64,000 nucleotides of DNA from Octopus vulgaris (Eukaryota): NCBI GenBank assembly GCA_951406725.2, contig OX597827.1, positions 6,262,001 through 6,326,000 on the forward strand, read 5' to 3'. The translations under genes and the position numbers were made by a program. Shown one piece after another: positions 58,437 to 64,000 of this stretch. Each line of letters begins with the position of its first letter. Position 1 is the first letter of the stretch. Below the pieces are notes generated by a model, which was not told the DNA's origin, ran no database searches, and worked only from the letters and a program-made list of their open reading frames with translations.

Positions 58437-58472
<36 letters not shown>

Positions 58473-58683
58473 GGTTATCTCCCTTACATTTTTTCCAGCC
58501 ATGATGGTTTATGAAACTTGTGGCATGCTCCTGTTTGGCAAATAAGGAAGTCCAAGCTTGCAACATGATAGTCTCTGATAAGGGCATTGTCTAAGCACTT
58601 TATAGGTGCAAAACCAATGGTCACTCTCTGACCAACCATAGCAAGCAGCTTTCTGCATATGTATATATGTATGTATATACATA

Positions 58684-58723
<40 letters not shown>

Positions 58724-58888
58724 TACATACATACATACATACATACATACATACATGCATGCATACATACATACATACATACATAAATATATACATACAT
58801 ATATATATATATATTGTTATATCGAATGGTATATTGCCATAGCAATATGACTTCACATAAAAAATCTTGCACAACAAATATTTAAACG

Positions 58889-58928
<40 letters not shown>

Positions 58929-61309
58929 GAGAGAAGTGAAATAGAAACAGTGCATGTATTTAATATTGGGATAATGACTCTCCCAAGATTTGACAAAATT
59001 TATTCATTATTTTATGGGTAATTATATTTATTGCTAGCTTTTATCTTCCACTTGTCTCACCCATTGGTCTGTGGCCATGCTGCGATACCACCTTAAAGGG
59101 TTTTAGTCGATCGATCCCAGCACTTATTTCTTTTGAAGCCGAGTACTTACTCTGTCAATCTCTTTTTGCCAAACTGCAAAGTTACAGGAACATTACACAG
59201 GTTGTGAAGCAGTGGTAGTGGTGGTGGAGCCAAACACAAACAACAACAGAGGCACACATACAGCCAGCCTTCCACCACTATCCCCATTGTAAAAATAATG
59301 TGCAAGTGGCTAAGCACTACATAGACACACATAACCTTAACACAGTCCTCAGGGAGATTCAATATGACAAAGATTGAGACAATATGACAAAGATTGTGCT
59401 TAGATGTATAGGCAATTCATCCTTTGCTTGGCCAAGAGAGCAAGAATCCTGAAAAACTTGCTTGACCTGGGTGGGGACACTTTTTAAACTCCAGAAAAGA
59501 AGTGTTTAGACAATGCCCTTATCAGAGACTATCATGTTGCAAGCTTGGACTTCCTTATTTGCCAAACAGGAGCATGCCACAAGTTTCATAAACCGGGTAC
59601 AACTCATTTTTGCCAGCTGTGTGAACTGGAGCAATGTGAAATAAGTTGTCTTGCTCAAGGACCTAAAAGCACCACCAGGTATTGAACTCACAACCTCACA
59701 ATCATGAACAGAATACCCTAACCACTAAGCCACGTGCTTTCACTTTTTTCCAGTATGCAGGGCACGTGTCATTACATGATTATAATATGTCGTTTTGTGA
59801 GCCAATAGAGGGAACCTTGAGAGAATTTTGGCTGTTACTTCTGGCTGATTGAATAAACATGTAAAGGCTCCTTCATTAGCCAATGGCTTTTCATGTAGAA
59901 ATAGTGGTATGATGTTAATAGTTGCTGCAAAGAAGAAAACATAATTATGATGGTAGCTCTAGTTTTAACTTTTATGCACAAGCATTGTACAAATGAAACT
60001 GATGGCTTCCATATTCTATAGTATGTTTATAATGACAACCAGTTCATTGTGTCTGTTTGTTTCCTGACCTGTCAAGTAAGACAGTGCAGTATTTGGTTGT
60101 AACAGTAATTGGCTTTAACAAGCATCCACTTATTTATTATAAATGCTTGAATATAGCAATAAATGACCACTATGTAAATGTACCAGATACTACCAAGAAA
60201 AACTCTCCTTTCTCTAAATGAAGATGTTATTTTGGGAAGTGCAGATCAAATTTGCTGATCTACTGAAATTTAAATATCTAGCTTGCTAAGAATGATTATG
60301 ATTAGAGAAGAATGTGTCTATGCCTGTTGAGGATGGGGGGGAGAAAAATGAATAATTCAAACAGTGCAAGCTTTTATGAACTTCACCGAGTACCTTTAAT
60401 TAGCTGTAATGCTGAAAATACATTTCGAATCACTTTTGCATTTAATGTAAATTGCTTTTAGATCTTACATGAGTCTGAGTTATTCTTGAGTTCTATTATG
60501 TTACAGTAAACTTGCACACAATATTTGTATGTGATGATAATAAATTTGTAGAATTATGGTATGTAACCACCGAAAGATGACTCATCTTTTTTGACAGCTT
60601 CATAATCAGCTTCTGCTCTGAGATTTTACCATTAACATTCGTCTTTCTTTTATTTTAAAATATTAAGGTTTGCTGATAACTCAGGAGACCGACATTCAAC
60701 ACGGGGACCCTAAAATGGTTTTATCTCATGCATAATATTTCAAATATTAACAGTAAATGATGACATTATTTAATTTTCATTTTTTTTAAAAATATTTTTA
60801 TTCACTCAGATTTCATTTTCCATGCTGCAATGATTTCAAATTTGAACATTTGCATTAAAATTTTTGAGAAAACATTTTTAATGGTTGAATACACTTTCTA
60901 ATGCAAATGATTGTGGTGTGATACAAGTGATGATTAAATAAGAAAACTCTTGTGAAACTTGTTACCAATTTTTCTCAGTTATTTACAAGAACAAAGCTGA
61001 AGATTAAACACTTCATAGTGTTAAATTCAATGTTTCACAGTGACATGTTGAAACACTGTCAATACTAATTTGCCTTTTATTCCAATAAATGACCAATAGT
61101 AGTATACTTGAGACAAGTGGTTTGACAGCAGACAAACATCTCTTTATCCATAAAATTACCTTTTCAGTTAATAAAGTTTGCTAGAAGTATTATAAATTGG
61201 ATCAACTGAGGAAAGAAAGAGGTGAAAATCATCAGAACTTATAGTTGAGTAGCCAGCAAATTATTTTAATGAAACAGATGGTGATTTTGCACCAGTGGCT
61301 TATTATCTA

Positions 61310-61874
61310 TTGGGTTGTCCGTAAAGTTCATGCCGATTTATACTAGCTTACATTTTGACTTATTTTAGAACATGGTTGAGTCCATAAAATAGGATTTGAC
61401 TACACCTCCATTTAGAGCACAGTTCAAGCTATCTTTTCGTGCAAGGTTTATGTCCCTATAACCAGTGTTAATTTTGTAATCCTTTCAAATGGAAGATAAA
61501 GAAGTTCATTTTCAGTACTTGATGCTTTGGGAACCAGACAAAAGTTGCTGCAGCTTGGCTGGGATGTGTTACCCCCACCCTCCATATTCACTAGATATTG
61601 CTCCTTCAGATTTCCACTTATTTAGGTCTCTTCAGAATAGTTTTAATGGCAAAAATTTCAATTCCTTGGATGACATAAAAAGCTACCTTGATGAATTCTT
61701 TTCCATGAAACTACCTCAATTCTGGGAAGATGGTATTTTTCAAATTAAAGGAAAGATGGAGATGCATTGTGCAACAAAATGGTTTATATTTGGTTGATTA
61801 AAAATGTAATGGCAAGTATTTATTGACCTTTTTCTTTTCTTTAAAAATCGGCACGAACTTTCCAGACAACCCAA
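61310..61874 (+). mobile_element. Internally deleted mariner element, same family as 6808-7374
   Basis: TIRs ttgggttgtcc / gacaacccaa with TA TSDs; MEDKEVHF fused to PHPPYSLDIAPSDFHLF. Confidence 0.92.
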
Positions 61875-63708
61875 TATATAGTTTTATAGTTTCCCATTTG
61901 TTATGAATCTCTTTTTATACTTTTGTGTGGACTTAGTTCCTTCATATTATATCTTTATAAAATGTATTTAGTGATGTATAAAATCATACTATTTTATACT
62001 TGATTTCAACTGATAAAAACTAGGGTGTGACTATAAAGCTAAAACAATGAAGGGAAAAATTTTGAACCGAATTTAACCCTACCTTAGGGGTGCAACTTAT
62101 AAATGAGTAAATACAATGACAAGGACTCATATAATCGAACTATGTTGGACATTGACACATCATCACTCATGTTTCTTCTCACTGATGATACAATATCCTA
62201 TTATATTTTAATGCGAACAATAATGTTTTTAGAATATTTAAATTTGCCTTGAGAGATCCTCTTGTGGAAATGTATGGTGCTTAAAAGCACTCGCATATAT
62301 TGTAGCAGATGAGAGTTATTTGGTACCAGTGCTGGAACTGCCAGACCATGAGATTTCAGCATACTCTGCTTCTTCAGTGATAATCATCCAGCACCACGTA
62401 ACAGTCACAAAATGTGAGTATGGTACCACTCTTAACACCCAGTGCTTTCATAGTAACCATAGTAAACATGGTAACCCAATGCCTCTATAGTCATTCACCT
62501 ATATGAGTTCACAACACTTTCACTGGTTGGGTGCCCTCACCCAGGTTAAGGGCCACTACTCTAAACTGCATTGCAAATAGAAATAAGTTCAGGAACCACT
62601 GAGTTAAAATGGAGTATTACTAAACTATTTTTTCATGTCAAGTTGGTGGCAATCAACAAAATGGTATAATATCAGAGCTTGATCAAAAGATATAAAGAAA
62701 CGGTTTCTTCTAGAAAATATAGAAGAAATAAACAAACATCAAGGTAAGATATTTAGGAACTAAGCAGTTAGCAAAATGATAGGTTTGACAAGCTAGATGG
62801 AAAGCACAGTAAGATTTCAAATGTCACTTGACAAGATGAGAAATATGAGCTGATTTGAATTTCAAAGACGCACGTCATGACAAATCAGGATATCTTTGGA
62901 AAGAATCTAATCTGGAAATACTTGTACTCAGGAACCACTGTACTTAAATTGTGTCATTACGGGAAATTTCTGAATGGGAATTATGAATGGAAATATTTGG
63001 AGGCCAACAATATTTTTAGCTAAAGGGGATTATCTGGATGTTTGCACATTCACATTCATCACTGCCGCCACCACCGCCACCACCACCACCACCACCACTA
63101 CCACCACCAGCACCACCACCACTACCACCACCACCACCACCACCACCACCACCACCACTGCTGCCACTGCCACCACTACCACCACCATCATCTTAACATT
63201 CACATTTCCAATCTCGCACGGGTCGGGGAGAGTTTACTGTTGCAAATTCTCTACAGTTGGATGCCCTCCCTGTTGCCAACCTATGCCAGCTTCCAAGCAA
63301 GGTAATATTTTCCCACAGCTAGACATGTTTTTGCAGTATACTGGAAGTTACTGGCACTGTTTATATGAAATAACACTCATTTACAATTATTCACATGATG
63401 TCAAGACAAAGCCACAAACACACATACATACACTCACACACATACACTCACATACACTCACACATACACACATACACTCACACACACATGCATATATACA
63501 AAAATAACAAGATTTAGAAACTGAAGGAATTTCTAAAAAGATATCTGCTGAAAGCATTACAATAGTTAAGATATTGTAATGGCGCAGGAGTGGCTGTGTG
63601 GTAAGTAGCTTGCTTACCAACCACATGGTTCCGGGTTCAGTCCCACTGCGTGACACTTTAATTGATAATTACACTAAATATTACCTACATATATATATAT
63701 ATATATAT

Positions 63709-63917
63709 ATGTGACCTTGTGAGTACCGCTAGCGATTTTTTTTCCTCTGTCTTCCCTTCTCGGGATCTTTCCTTCTCCTATGTTTCTGACGAAGAGCTCC
63801 GCTCGAAACGTTAAACCCTCCTTCTTCCCTTCTTTCCTGAGCGTCCAATAATTCTATATTTGTTCCACGTCCTCGTGTTGCTGTGTTTTTTTTGTGTTTT
63901 CTTGTTTGGATTAACTT
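63709..63917 (+). mobile_element. Family G hammerhead element, copy 3 (intact CUGACGA core)
   Basis: GTTT-CTGACGA-A-GAGC-tcc-GCTC-GAAA-CG-TT-AAAC at 63782-63816; (TA)n on both sides. Confidence 0.8.
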
Positions 63918-64000
63918 TATATATATATATATATATATATATACCCATACATGTGTGTGTGTGTGTGTGTGTAGTCAATTCAAATAAATGAATAAAGTTA

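Noticed and set aside
62714-62743. Possible 30-nt plus-strand microexon (ttctag / gtaaga)
   Set aside because: Short pyrimidine tract, no companion exons, expected by chance in 64 kb.

Overview
Repeat-dense, AT-rich eukaryotic non-coding DNA. I infer an Octopus (coleoid cephalopod) genome, from its tRNA-derived SINE families, a cephalopod-type 5S rRNA 3' end and the extreme microsatellite load. No intact protein-coding gene is recognisable, and almost all listed ORFs are microsatellite artefacts. The window holds at least three tRNA-derived SINE families and decayed RTE, R4/Dong and Ty3/gypsy retroelements. It also has mariner relics, hAT-like, TTAA-flanked and palindromic MITEs, and a ~4.5 kb polypurine tract. 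Four observations stand out. (1) About 11 hammerhead-ribozyme (HHR) motifs sit in short Penelope-like/retrozyme-like elements, either embedded in (TA)n or arranged as inverted repeats. One has a fully canonical core at 47568-47628, and two lie in a ~750 bp foldback at 27834-28582. (2) A 5S rRNA copy is fused to the 3' tail of the dominant SINE (10250-10435). (3) There are four apparent local templated duplications. (4) A speculative minus-strand spliced transcript has phase-compatible small exons. All calls are by eye; family names are provisional and need a Dfam/Rfam check.
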